From NCBI GenBank assembly GCA_010015805.1, contig ML978122.1, positions 1,770,453 through 1,834,452 of the forward strand: DNA of 64,000 bases. The letters are read 5' to 3'. Position numbers and translations under genes: made by a program. Of this stretch, positions 11,884-23,850 are shown in pieces. Each line of letters opens with the position of its first letter. Within the stretch, counting starts at the first letter, position 1. This DNA is from Rhizodiscina lignyota. Lineage: Eukaryota. Under the pieces are notes generated by a model. It did not search any database. It was not told where the DNA came from and saw only the letters and a list, made by a program, of their open reading frames with translations.

Positions 11884-14048
11884 ATGGAGAAGGTTCAATC
11901 TCAGCAAAAAGCAAGGACTGGGACACCCCAACCAGTATGGCTGCCAACCGTACCCGCATCGCAAATCCCCATGAATATTTACCGCTCTCACATCAATCAA
12001 AAATTCAACTTACGGCTTCGCAATTCGCAAGAACTTCACAAATGGAGCGTCATGGATCCTCAAGCTTTCTGGGTAGATTTGTGGGACTATGTCGGTCTTA
12101 TGCCACCGTTACCCAAGGGGACGACACGTGCATATGATGATACAATTCCGATATCAGACGTTCCTCCTTTCTTCGAGAATGTCAAGGTCAACTATGCCGA
12201 GAACGCTTTGACACAACCGTCATTAAAAGGAAGTGCTACTGCCTTGGTCGGAATAAGAGAGGGCCAGACATTGGAAGGAGAAGTGTGGACCTGGGATGAC
12301 TTGAGAGAGCGAGTCAGGAAAGTGAGGAGTGGTCTTGTACACTGTGGTGTCCAGGAAGGCGACCGAGTGGCTGCCTTGATATCTACATCGGTCTGGTCTG
12401 TCTGCCTGTTTCTCGGTGCAGCGAGTTTGGGCGCAATCTTTACGTCTATCGCCCCGGATCTCGGAGAGGAGGTGAGTTTGTGCACACGCCGGCCTACATC
12501 ATACCATTAATCTAATATCGCTTTATTGAATAGGGATGCATATCTCGATTGCAGCAAGTCACGCCGTCGATTTTGTTTGCCGATTCCAGCGTCACGTACA
12601 AAGGTCGTCAAAGGTCAAATATAGCGAAGATCACGAAAATCATGGATGTCCTCCACCTTAAGCCAAAGCTCTTTCTGATTCCTCTTGGCGAACAAGAAAG
12701 CACTTCGTTTCCTATGCTCTCGGACTTCCTTGCTCTTTCCTCACCAACTGACAAGCTCGAATTCACTCGCGTATCATTTAATGCGCCGCTTTACATACTC
12801 TATTCAAGTGGTACCACGGGCCCACCGAAATGCTTGGTCCATCGACAGGGTGCTATCTTGCAGCACAAGAAAATTGGAAAGTTGCACAACTCTCTTGTCC
12901 CAGGTGAGGTTGTCTTCCAGTATTCAAGCACCTCTTGGGTGTTGTGGAATATCATGGTCGGCCACTTGTCTGTCGGAGCAACATTAGTACTGTACGATGG
13001 ATCCCCGACCTGGCCCAAACCCCAGGCAATGCTGAGCATCGTTGAACGCCACAAAGTCGCATACTGGGGTGCATCTCCGCGATACCTGCAAGAGCTCGAG
13101 TCGACCAGATGTGTACCAAAGAAAGAGTTTGATCTCACATCGCTGAGAATGGTTCAAACGGGCGGATCACACCTTGCCGCTGATCAGTACTATTGGTTCT
13201 ACCGCGTCTTCCCGCCGCGTGTGCACCTTACAAGCGTCACGGGAGGGACGGACCTAGTGACCTCATGGGTAGGCACTGACCCAGCGGGTCCATTGTACGC
13301 AGGCGAGATGCAGCTTCCAATACTGGGACATGATGTCGACATTGCTGACACGGAAACTGGGGAGTCTATCCGAGCGAGCGGAGAGTCGGGCGAGTTTGTG
13401 TGCCGGAAACCGTTCGCGTCGATGCCGGTGTATATGTGGGGAGACCGAGACAACGAGAAATACAAGGTTTCGTACTTTGATCGATATCCGTTTCCAATTT
13501 GGGCGCAGCATGACTGGGCCAGCGTCAACCCTAAGACAGGAGGATGGACGGTACATGGAAGAAGGTGCGTCGTCGCCTGGTTTGTTCTTAAGCATGCTAA
13601 CCTTGATTGCAGTGATGGAGTTCTGAACCCGCAGGGCATTCGCTTCGGCTCCGCAGAGATCTATTCTATTACAGAAGCGCCGCCATTCATCGACATCATA
13701 TCCACTACTCTTTGCATTGGGCGGCGAAGGAGCAGGATCGACTCGGACGAATCTGTGTTTCTTTTTGTAATCATGAGACAAGGCTACAGCCTAACGGACG
13801 AGCTTGTCAGGAGTCTCAAAGATGCCATCCGAAAGGGATTGACTGCAAGGCATGTTCCCAGATTTGTCGAGGCCGTGGAAGAGATACCACTTACCGTGAA
13901 CGGAAAGAAAGTTGAGACGTTAGTCAAGAAGGTCGTGTCGACAGGAGAAATACCCAAAACTATAAGCAGTACAGTTGTTAATCCGGCGTGTTTAGAAAAG
14001 TTCAAGAGGTTTTATGCGTTAGAATTAGAGACAAAAGCCAAGCTCTGA
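11884..14048 (+). CDS. Acetoacetyl-CoA synthetase (acetoacetate-CoA ligase family); C-terminal PTS1 AKL
   Basis: YSSGTTGPPKC AMP-binding loop, SVTGGTD, WAQHDW, GR|SDGVLNPQGIRFGSAEIY, TVNGKKVE; introns at ~12472-12533 and ~13565-13611. Confidence 0.93.
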
Positions 14049-14056
14049 GGCAGGCA

Positions 14057-14287
14057 AGTGGGTGATAAAATAGTTGAATCCTGTAAAGTTTGAACGTATT
14101 CAGCAGAAGTGAGGTTTCCTCTTCAACGCTTGCGAGAGCATCTCTAAAAGGCTGATATACTATATACTAGAGTTCGTTTATCTAAAACACGTAGCTTTAG
14201 TAAGTATAACTTATATTAACTATCGAGGATATATATCCTCGTAGTTCTATAGATTACAGCTACGACTCAACTATTTTGTCACCCTCA
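14057..14287. mobile_element. ~230-bp MITE, copy 1
   Basis: Terminal inverted repeats GGGTGATAAAATAGTTGA … TCAACTATTTTGTCACCC; AT-rich non-coding interior homologous to 16600-16828 and 40489-40718. Confidence 0.9.
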
Positions 14288-14474
14288 TGGCAGGTAAGCT
14301 AGGATTATTATTAACAAAAGAAATCTATACCCGGATGGACTGTCTGTATAGGTACTTCGTACTGACTCCGAAGGTTTACAAGCCACCATTACCAGAACAT
14401 AACCTCCGTTCAGTTCCACTCCACCAAAGAGAATACAACGAGTGCCTGTTTCAACATGACAATGGTTTATATCG

Positions 14475-15815
14475 TCATGCGATAACAGGCCCGGTAGGAT
14501 CCACCACGCTGACGTTGAGAACAGTGCACCCGTGAGCATTGTGACTGTTTCCGTCGCCAAAGATGTCGCTTAGCCAGTTCAATGATCTCGTGTGGCCATT
14601 CTGGAGTTCAGTTTCATGGTCGCCTATCTTATTACGCTCGTACAAGATATTTGCACCAAGCCGACAATATTTGTCAACCAATGCATCAGTGTCTGGTGTT
14701 GGGGCTACCTCGTCCGCAATTGCTTTGTAGAAAAATAGGGGCATCCTGGGTACTCCGTGTTCTCCCATAACGCCCTGGCTGTTCAACAAGTCCAGGATGT
14801 CAGGCGAAAAGACATCAGCTGCGCCATTAACGAAATAGTTGGAAATATTCTGCATCAGAAACGTTACAATAGTCTGTTCGAAAGACATGTGCAGTGTGTC
14901 GAGAAACGTCGTTGCGTTATACGGCCCGGTCTTCTTTAATCGAGACACTAGATCTTGTCGTGCGTGTGGAAATTCGGCAGTTAGGCCTAGAAGAGCGGAG
15001 GGGACGAGTCCTGCAAATGCACTTCCCGAAGACACTAGCTTCAGAGTCGACTCGAAGCGCGCGACCAGACCACCTGCGATGACCCCGGCGAATCTCAACT
15101 CGGGTGCGTAGCTGCTCTGCAATTCTGCAGCCCATTCGCTCGCGATAGACCCACCGCTATAACCCCAGATAGCATACTTTGTGTCTGGCCGCAAACCCAA
15201 GGGAACTTTCTTGATGACTTCTAGAACAGCACGGACACTGTCAAGCGTTGCATGGCCTTCCTGCAAGCCTAGGCCAAACGCTGCGAGTGGACCTTCATAG
15301 TCGGGAACGTTGACAAACCATCCACGACCGAGGGCGGCTGTGATATCCAGCAGTGTTGTGTTTTGTAATGGATCATACATTAAAAAGCTAGGGGAAGCAT
15401 CAACAAAGGCAGAATCGTAAGGGATCTGGTAGGAGACGAGTGCTCTGCCGGAGTTTCTGCTGCCGTGAGTGCTGTCTGCAATTGCAGTTTTTGGTGCGAG
15501 GAGTGTGGTCACAGCCCATGATGGTTTGTTGGCGGCGTCAGTTGTACGGTAGAGAATGTTGTACGCCGCAGAGCAGTTCGCCAGTATCGAGCTCAGATTT
15601 CCCGGAGCGACTCGAAAACGTAGCGCATTTCCAGGAGAGGCAGCTTGGAAATGTCTGGGAGCCGTATAGAATGGGTCTTTGCTTGGTGGTAGAGGGCTCG
15701 ATTCAGTATGCCAAACAAGGTCCGTCTTTGAGGGTAATCCTGCTATGGCTGGCGCAAAAATTGCACCAAAAAGGATCAAACATTGAAATAGTTGTATTCT
15801 TTGCCAAAATGCCAT
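14475..15815 (-). CDS. Secretory lipase (LIP family, Candida LIP/CalA-like)
   Basis: Signal peptide MAFWQRIQLFQCLILFGAIFAPAIAG; LPPSKDPFY, YNILYRTTD, VPDYEGP, nucleophile WGYSGGS, DEVAP, DHETE; intronless. Confidence 0.93.
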   Translation of the reverse strand: MAFWQRIQLFQCLILFGAIFAPAIAGLPSKTDLVWHTESSPLPPSKDPFYTAPRHFQAASPGNALRFRVAPGNLSSILANCSAAYNILYRTTDAANKPSWAVTTLLAPKTAIADSTHGSRNSGRALVSYQIPYDSAFVDASPSFLMYDPLQNTTLLDITAALGRGWFVNVPDYEGPLAAFGLGLQEGHATLDSVRAVLEVIKKVPLGLRPDTKYAIWGYSGGSIASEWAAELQSSYAPELRFAGVIAGGLVARFESTLKLVSSGSAFAGLVPSALLGLTAEFPHARQDLVSRLKKTGPYNATTFLDTLHMSFEQTIVTFLMQNISNYFVNGAADVFSPDILDLLNSQGVMGEHGVPRMPLFFYKAIADEVAPTPDTDALVDKYCRLGANILYERNKIGDHETELQNGHTRSLNWLSDIFGDGNSHNAHGCTVLNVSVVDPTGPVIA

Positions 15816-16549
15816 TGTAGGAATTGTGAATGCGTCCTCGGAAGTTTGAAGTGCTCGGGGGCCTTTCCTCCCATCAACTGTGAACTTCTTATACTCAGGC
15901 ACCCAATTCTACCCTTCATCATTATAATCAGTCCGAATCTTTCTGTTCGCATGGTTATTTGTCAAATGTTCGTGTCCATGCCTGTAGCAGAAAGAATTGC
16001 GAGACGCTGTGCAGAGCTCTTCGGCGGTGGCTGAATATGCGGCTGATTTGGACAGCTCCCAGTGGATAAGCGGTTTGCTGATTGCTCCGCTGAAGGACAC
16101 ATCTTGCACCTCTTTTCGTCTTCGTTCCCATGAATCTGGTAATTGTAAACCGTAAACTGAAATAACTCCAGGTTCACCGGGTGATCGGTATGGCCAGTGT
16201 TGGTTCACCGTGTCGGATGTCCTGAAGACGGATGAATATCTTACCCGACGCTTGGTTTTATACCGTTTTTCCACAGCGGGGGAGATGTATAGTCCGCCTT
16301 CCGCCCTAAATGCTTCCTTGACGGACAACTACCCCTTCCAGTGTCGCTGTGGGATATTACGTCGACTCTTCACCCAGTATTAATATTGGTCGTAGCCGCA
16401 TCTACCGACGCGGCGTACCCTGCAACAGACCGAAGCTATGTGCGAACTCCTGGATGACACATGACAGGTGTTCAGTCCCAAGGCAATAGAACCCGGGGAA
16501 AGGGCACACAAAGTTTTAGGCGGCGCTGTCAGTCTGTTCAAGCTACGCT

Positions 16550-16583
16550 CTTGGATCGCCTTGGATCGCCTTGGATCGCCTTG
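16550..16583. repeat. 10-bp tandem repeat (TTGGATCGCC x3)
   Basis: Three exact units plus a partial TTG, ending about 17 bp before MITE copy 2. Confidence 0.9.
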
Positions 16584-16599
16584 AATTTCGAGCTGCCCA

Positions 16600-16828
16600 C
16601 GCGGGTGACAAAATAGTTAAGCCCGCTTTAACTGAACGGCTATTGTAAGAATAAGTTTTATTCTTCAGCACGAGCGGGAGCATCTCTAAAGCTCGATTAG
16701 ATATATACCAGAGCGTATTTATCTAAAACACGCAACATTAGTATATATAATCTATATTAACTAGCGAGGGTATACATCCTCACGGTTCGACATATTACAG
16801 CCATAACTCAACTTTTTTGTCACCCACT
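16600..16828. mobile_element. ~230-bp MITE, copy 2 (more diverged interior)
   Basis: GGGTGACAAAATAGTTAA … TCAACTTTTTTGTCACCCAC; shares GAGCATCTCT, TTTATCTAAAACACG and TATACATCCTC blocks with the other copies. Confidence 0.88.
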
Positions 16829-17018
16829 TACTGCCTTCAGGCTCGCTAGTCCTTAGCGCTGGCGTCTTAAAAGGTGGCGCCACTCCCGTCAGTGTGGCGC
16901 AGTTCAATAATGTGAAGGCTACAGGGCAAGTACCTACCATCACTTCCATTCTATCCCGAGCCATCTTTCCTTTCGATACTTCGACTATCTCTTGTTCCCT
17001 TTGTTAGACCGTATCAGA

Positions 17019-18891
17019 ATGCCAGAGTCGTACCGATACCGCCCACTATCAGGGCCGAATCGTATACGCGCCTTGGAGCTCGAATCAGGAGTCCGCAAGA
17101 GCTCTGCGCTTAGAGGAAAATTGATCGAAATAGATCTCTCAGTCGAGCCACAGAAACGACCGAGTTATGAAGCACTTTCATATGTGTGGGGTTCTATTAA
17201 GGGTGACCGACCGATTGTCTGCGAGGGCAAGGAGATCCTGGTGACGCAGAACTGCGAGGCGGCCTTGCGACAACTTCGATACCGACATCAGAAGAGATTG
17301 TTGTGGATAGACGTAATATGTATCGACCAATCCAATACACCAGAACGCAACCACCAGGTGGAAATGATGCGCCAGACCTATCGAGGAGCTACCCATGTTA
17401 GAATCTGGTTAGGCTCTCCCTCTGTTGATCGCAGCTTCCTGGCCCTACGACTCTCTTTAAAGACTTCTGAAGCCGTCTTCAACATTCTTCCTAGACCTTG
17501 GGACACTGAACTACACGAGTTCGGCGCAGATATCATTTTGCATCTCCTGATACTCCCATACCTTGTTTGTATGAGATCATATTCACAATTCCAACATCTT
17601 GTGCTAATTGCATCTAGTTCTTCGACCATACAAAGCTCACGATGCCATTTCCCGTTCCCCCTGGTTCGAAAGGATATGGACGATCCAGGAAGTGTCATTT
17701 TCTCGGGCTGCCACGGTACACTACGGGTCAATAGCTTGCGAGTGGGATACCTTCTCCAACTTATTACTGGGCTCGGACACATCAGTCTTCAGAGTTCACG
17801 ATGAAGACCTCCGCAATCTCTACTCGCTCCGAGTGTCGACGAGAGGAATCGCCAATGACGCAAAGATTGGCGGGTGGCAAGGTCTCGAAGGCCGCAGTTA
17901 TCGAGACATCAGGGAACCGCATGACATCGCAGACAGCCTTTACTACACCAAGGCTACCGATCCGAACGACAAGATATTTGGGATATACGGGATTCTACTT
18001 CTGATGGACGTCAACATCGCCCCTCCGGATTATAGCAAGAGCGTAGCGGAGATTTACACGGAAACAATATCTGCAATCTTCAAAACAACGCTGACGTTCC
18101 GGTTTCGACATGTTTTCAATCCTCTAGAGAATCGGCACGGCCTTGCATCGTGGGTACCGGATTGGACGGCTTCGAACAGACAAAACTTCGGGCGTAGCCC
18201 TCGAGTGGATCGACTTAGCGCATCTAAAGATACCGCGGCTTTCAACATAGAACAGCAGCAAGGGACCAAACTGCATGTAAAGGGCATCATTATTGACCAC
18301 GTGGATGGTGTAGGACTTGCCTTTCCAGTAGCTGCGAATACTCTATCTGATGCCCAGGTTTCGGCAGTGCTTTTAAGCTGGAGAGAAATATCGAAAAGGG
18401 TTGAACGTTCATTTATTGACCTTAGACCAGCCGATCGAGAAGTTGAGTCTCTCAACATGCTCGCACACATCATGTTTCGAGATGCCCTTGCCATAATGAT
18501 AACGGGCAAAGAAATGAATGTGGCTGCTTTGCAAGAATGGCTCGTCCATGAAAAGCGAACAACTGAGATTCCTGGTCTCTTTCCAAGTCGCAATGGGGAG
18601 GATTCCAAATTGTCTTCGTACCAATTTGACAGCTATGTCAGACCGGGCTGGGAAGGCCAAAAGGTCTTCAAGACTCGTTCCAATCAGCTCGCCATGGCGG
18701 GATCTCCCACCAGCGTCGGCGATGCTGTCGTTCTAGTTGCCGGCAGCGATGTGCCGCTCGTCGTTCGACCGTGCGGAAGGGATTATATGTACATAGGACC
18801 GACCTACTTCCCCGGAGCAATGCTTGGAGAGATGTGGCCTGATACAGTCGTCCGTGAGAGATTTCAGTTACGAGATCTTACGATCGTTTGA
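17019..18891 (+). CDS. HET-domain (het-6-like) heterokaryon incompatibility protein
   Basis: YEALSYVWG, LWIDVICIDQ, ERNHQVEMM…IWLG, WFERIWTIQE, ATDPNDKIFG, SWVPDW; one intron at ~17564-17617 joins ORFs 16992-17804 and 17608-18891. Confidence 0.93.
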
Positions 18892-19553
18892 GAGATTTAC
18901 AAGTGCTCGGATCGATTGTCCATTGCTATGTGAAATATGACTATGTTACAAGTGAACAGCATCAACGATTTGGCTGAAAGATTGAAGAAGTTGGCTTGTC
19001 CACTAGCGAGCCGAAAGAGGAACTGATCTTCAAAACTACCAAACCGCTGGATCCAGATCGGACGAAGGCAGAGCCGCAGTGGATAGAGTACCGGACTTAG
19101 GCTCAGGCACGGACGAACGTAGATCTAACTAGGATTTAAATATGCAAAGTGATTCCATATCAGACCTATTCCAGATCCGTTTGAACTTATTCGGTAACCA
19201 TATGACTCTTATTTTTCAGCCTCATCCTAAACTTCAGCGTCTACCTTCAACCTAAAGCTCAACGTCCCTTGATGCAAGGACCTCGAGTTCGGAAGGCCTG
19301 TCACAGTACATAGGGCGTAGATGTGATGAATTCCCTTCGGAGTATTCCGTATGGCCTAGCAACCGGCTCAATTAGCACTCTGCAAGCGACTTCTTCATTT
19401 CATCAGTAAAAGCCGGACGAGGAGTCGGACAGTGAGGCAAGTATAAGTTCCTAAGTCTTTCATATCTAGTCTTCTCAATTTCAGAGCATCTACATCCTTC
19501 AAGGGTTCTGCACATATTCACAGTCAGACCACATTTACTACAAGTACTTGAAA

Positions 19554-20573
19554 ATGATAACCATTAAAAACGTCGTCGTTGCGGGTGTAGGTTTTGTTCT
19601 GACTCGGTATCCACACAATGGAACAAGATACTCATATTCGAAAACAGGCAAGCGGCAATCTGGGCCCTCACATCTTGAACGCGCTTCACCATGCTGGCTT
19701 TGCAGTCTCTGTCCTCACTCGACCGGAGTCATCAGCAAGTTTCCCGGCATACGCCTCGAAAATCGCAACCGACTACAGTCTCTCATCATTGAAATCCGCG
19801 TTCCAGAACCAGGATGCTGTTGTCTCGTGTGTCGGAGTTGCTGGCGTCTCGTCTCAGATCGCCATGATCGACGCTGCTGATGAAGCTGGAGTCAAGAGGT
19901 TCATGCCCAGCGAATGGGGCTGGGCCAAAGACCGTCCAATGCTGGACGAGTTGAAGCAGAGACTGGCAGAGAAAGAGAAGGTCTTCGACTATTTGGTGGA
20001 GAAATGCAATGCCAGCAAAACGATGAGCTGGAGTGCGATTGCGGCGGGACCTTTCTTGGACTGGGTTAGTTGCCCTCTAGAATTAGCCTCATCTAGGAAT
20101 ATGAAAGCTAACATGCTCAGGCTTTGGTCAAGGTCCCAGCACTTGGATTCGTGATTCCGGCGCATAAAGCCCGTATCATTGGTTCTGGTGACGAGCCCGT
20201 GACTGCTTCAATTGGGGCGGATATCGGCAAGGCTGCGGCAGGCACTCTTATCCACGGAGACAAATCTAGGAACCGCTTTCTCAAGATATTCTCTGTTGAG
20301 ACAACCCAGAACAAGATCTTAGCGGTACTTGAAAGATCGTCTGGTACAGAATGGAAGGTCGACCGTATCGGAATAGACAAGCTCCTCGAGGACAAAAAGC
20401 AAAAGCTGGAGGAGAAGAACTTTCAGGGTGCCTTTGTGGATGTGCTTGCCCAGCAGCTCTTCGAGGACGGAAAGGGAAGAGGAAGACATGTTGAGAGGAG
20501 TGAGAGTGAGAACGAACTTCTGGGCATTCCGGAGAAGGATACAGAAGCGGTGGTTGAACTTTTGTTAAAGTAG
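19554..20573 (+). CDS. NmrA-like / isoflavone reductase-like NAD(P)-binding protein
   Basis: IKNVVVAG|ASGNLGPHILNAL, QDAVVSCVG, GVKRFMPSEWG, AGPFLDW, DIGKAAA; two introns. Confidence 0.9.
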
Positions 20574-22050
20574 CTTCTCTGCAATTCCTCGTTCGATTCG
20601 GCCTTGGAAGTTATCATTGGAGCAAGTGCCTAAAGCGGTTAATGTTGACGATGTCGTGTGTACGAAGATTATACCTCCTATTCCCGGGATCCGCTTGGGA
20701 TCATCGCGCTGCCTTGATAAACTTCTGTTATGTTTTGAACAGGCATTGACATTTGATTCAAGAACGTGTTTGAAACCAAGTCAACGGTGTTGCGCGAGTC
20801 AATTTGTAACAGGTGCTCGTATTTCGTTTCAATTTTCATCATCCGGAAGGGATTCCGAAATGACTACAACATGCCTCGCTGTCGCACAACATTGCACCTG
20901 CGCTGAATTGGTCTCAATTCAACTAGGTTCACAAGAGAATTGCCATGCGATGGAATGGATTTCTCTTCCTTTAAAGGAGGCGTGTCATATTTCGATAGGC
21001 TGTGGCGCTTTGCCGAGAAAGTCAAGAAATTCGCCGAGAACATTCGATATATCTGTACTCCCTCTAATACGGGCCAAGACCATAAGACGAGCTTTGGACG
21101 ATCACGCAGTCAAGGATTACGATACAAAATATAAAGGGGTTACCTAATCCTCGAAGGGCGATGGAAAAACTGGCGGCAGCTCTCAAGACGCCGAGATTTT
21201 CAACGGTTTGCTAATGCTTAGTACGCTTCAAGGAGCATAACTTGAAGTGTAAGAGATGGATCGCCCTTCGGCGTACAGCTTGCTCGTTTGGCGAATCTGC
21301 ATGAAAGGTGCAGGCTGAACTATGCAAGCTCAAGGCTGAAGCCGCACTCGGAACCAGATACGTACGGAACATTACGCTTATAAGAGATTGCAGGGCCCTA
21401 GAAAAGTGCAGCCATCCGATCCAGACCCTCGAGGATATCGATAAATATATGCGGGCTCCACTTCGCGGTCAGACATCGAAGGCTGGTTTTGACGGCTTCC
21501 ACGCTTCGGACGTCGGGAGAGGAGAAGGCACATCAATTAGCTATCTCCATCGTATGAGGGAAGTACGCAGGTGCAAGTACTTTGGCGAAGGCGTTCCTGA
21601 TCTTCGTAGGGGGGAGCGGAAGGGAGATTTGTGGTTGCAGGGTGGCGTTTGCTTGATTTCGCGCTGACGGTGGTGAGCGGTGCCTGGTAATGAATGGCTT
21701 GCACCCAGACCCGGCTAGGCCCAAACGACCCCACAGGGGACGGGCTTCCCTGCGCACGTCTTCTTTTCATAGACATGCCCCGATTGCGTGCATCGCCGCC
21801 GGAAGCAGTGTGGTGAAAGCCACGTACTCTCGTTCATCCATAGCTTCCTACGCCTATCATCGTCATATTTCTCGGGCCTCACTCTGCCTATCCGCGTCGG
21901 TGCCGCTTGGCCATGCACTGCGCCCACCACCTTCTCCTGACGCGTCCGCATCGATAGACATCACCGCTTACCTTCGACTCTCCACACCCGCATCCTTACA
22001 AAGCCTACCTCAGCCCCATTTATAGGCCCCGGCCTTTCCTGTCGTTCACG

Positions 22051-23248
22051 ATGCACTTTTACTCCTCCTCGCGGCAAGCCGCGCCCTACCTGCCAAGACA
22101 TAAGATGGGCGCAAAGGCTCACGTCAATCATCCAATGTCGACGCGACGGCGCAACCAGTACATCAAATGGGGTGTCATCGCCGCATTGCTTATATTCCTT
22201 TTCTTCAACTGGAGGAGCACGGCCGATGAGATACAGGCCATCAGCCCATATACCATTAGCATAACGGAGAAAGGAAAGTCGCCGGCGGCCGCGAAGGACG
22301 GCGCAGAATCTGCTGATGTTGCTACGGACGGAGCAGCAAACGCGGAGCCCAAGAAAGAGGAGGAAAAGCATGATAATCAAATGAAGATTGCGATTGTGAC
22401 ATTCACAACGAGCGAGAAGAGCTACACCTACATGTCTTTGAAAAACAAGCATGGTAAGTCCATCAATTGAGTGACCACTACATGGTCACATACATGTCTT
22501 CCCCAAAGCTCAGCATACTAACCATTGCATCTGATCAATAGCCTACGCTCGTCGTCACAATTACACCCTCCTCATCGACTACGACGCACCCGAATCGCAC
22601 GACGTCGGCATAATGTGGCACAAGTTCAAGATGATGGAGGACCTCGTCCACGCCGGCACGCACGACTGGATCTGGTGGATCGACTTCGACACGCTCATCA
22701 CAAACCTGAACATCAAGCTCGACGACATCATCAAGGAGTCGCTCTACAACGTCTCCTCCGTCTTCCCCGCCGCAAAGAACCCGGACTTCAAGACGCAGTT
22801 CAACTCGGCCGAGGCAGACGGCGTCGACCCGTCAAACATCGACTTCCTGCTCACGGCAGACTGCTTCCCCCTCAACGCCGGCAGCATGCTGGTGCGCGGC
22901 CGTCTTCCCCCGTCGCGCCAAACGCCGCTCACGACGGTCGACTTCCTCGACCGCGTGCGCAAGTACCACGCCGCGAACGCGAGCTACGAGAACCAGCTGT
23001 CGGAGCAGGACTGCATGCGCGACATGCTGTTCGACATGGACCCGGGCTATACCGAGAAACACGTGCGCATGATCCCGCAATGGAAGACGAACGCGTTCCC
23101 GGAGGAGATCAAGTGCTGGGACAAGGACGACCGTGGCTGGGAGAAGGGCACGTTTGCGATCCACTTTGCGGGCGCGTGGGCACATCTCAAGGATGATGAC
23201 CCGACGGGCGTGCTGATGCGGAAGTATGAGCCTGAGATCGTGGATTAG
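22051..23248 (+). CDS. Glycosyltransferase family 34 (GMA12/MNN10-like), type II membrane protein
   Basis: N-terminal TM (WGVIAALLIFLFF), SLKNKH|AYARRHNY, WHKF, WIWWIDFDTLITN (DxD), LNAGSML, SEQD, IHFAG. Confidence 0.93.
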
Positions 23249-23850
23249 TGTATGTGGTGGCGAAGGCCATTTCGAGTTCTGTGTTATCAGATTTTACTGT
23301 ACGGCTCATGTGTGGTGTTCAGGTTGTTCTTGGTCGGACTTTTGCATAACTCCTGAGCGCGGGCGTCTATGTGTGTGGCTACGGCTTCTTCTCTTTTGGA
23401 CCCTTCTTCATGCTACACGACTCTGGTATAGGAAAGGCCAAAAAGCGTCATTTCAGCGCACCTTGGAGACTTGGGGCGCCACCACCCTTCCAATCAACAT
23501 ATGGCACGCATTATTGATTAATGCATTACAGCGAGAGTAGCGCTTTGCATGTAGAAGTAACCTTTGTTATATCCCCGAAAGCTCAATTACAAGGAGCTTG
23601 AATTCATCATTGTGAAAAAGTCCTACCAATTTCAGCGCATACATATCCAGAATAGATTCCAATCATCCACGCCGTCGCCCTCGTGTCAGATGAATATAAA
23701 ATAGAAGAAGAGAAAGGAAAAGGGGTCTATGGCCTAACCCACGAGCCTCCGAGGCTCACAAAACTCTACCAAAAGACCACCATGCCCACGAAATCCCTAA
23801 AAGTACACGTCGTATGTACTGTACGCTCGTATGTACGTTCGCCACGTATA

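Noticed and set aside
16550..16583. Short direct repeats as a CRISPR-like array
   Set aside because: No spacers and a eukaryotic context; simple minisatellite.
19040..19200. GGATCCAGATC/CCAGATCCG-rich stretch resembling a degenerate TE end
   Set aside because: No convincing TIR pair or second copy within the window.
22525..23196. 223-aa Arg-rich ORF and high GC in GT34 exon 2
   Set aside because: Alternate-frame artefact of high GC3; not sufficient evidence of horizontal transfer or a second gene.
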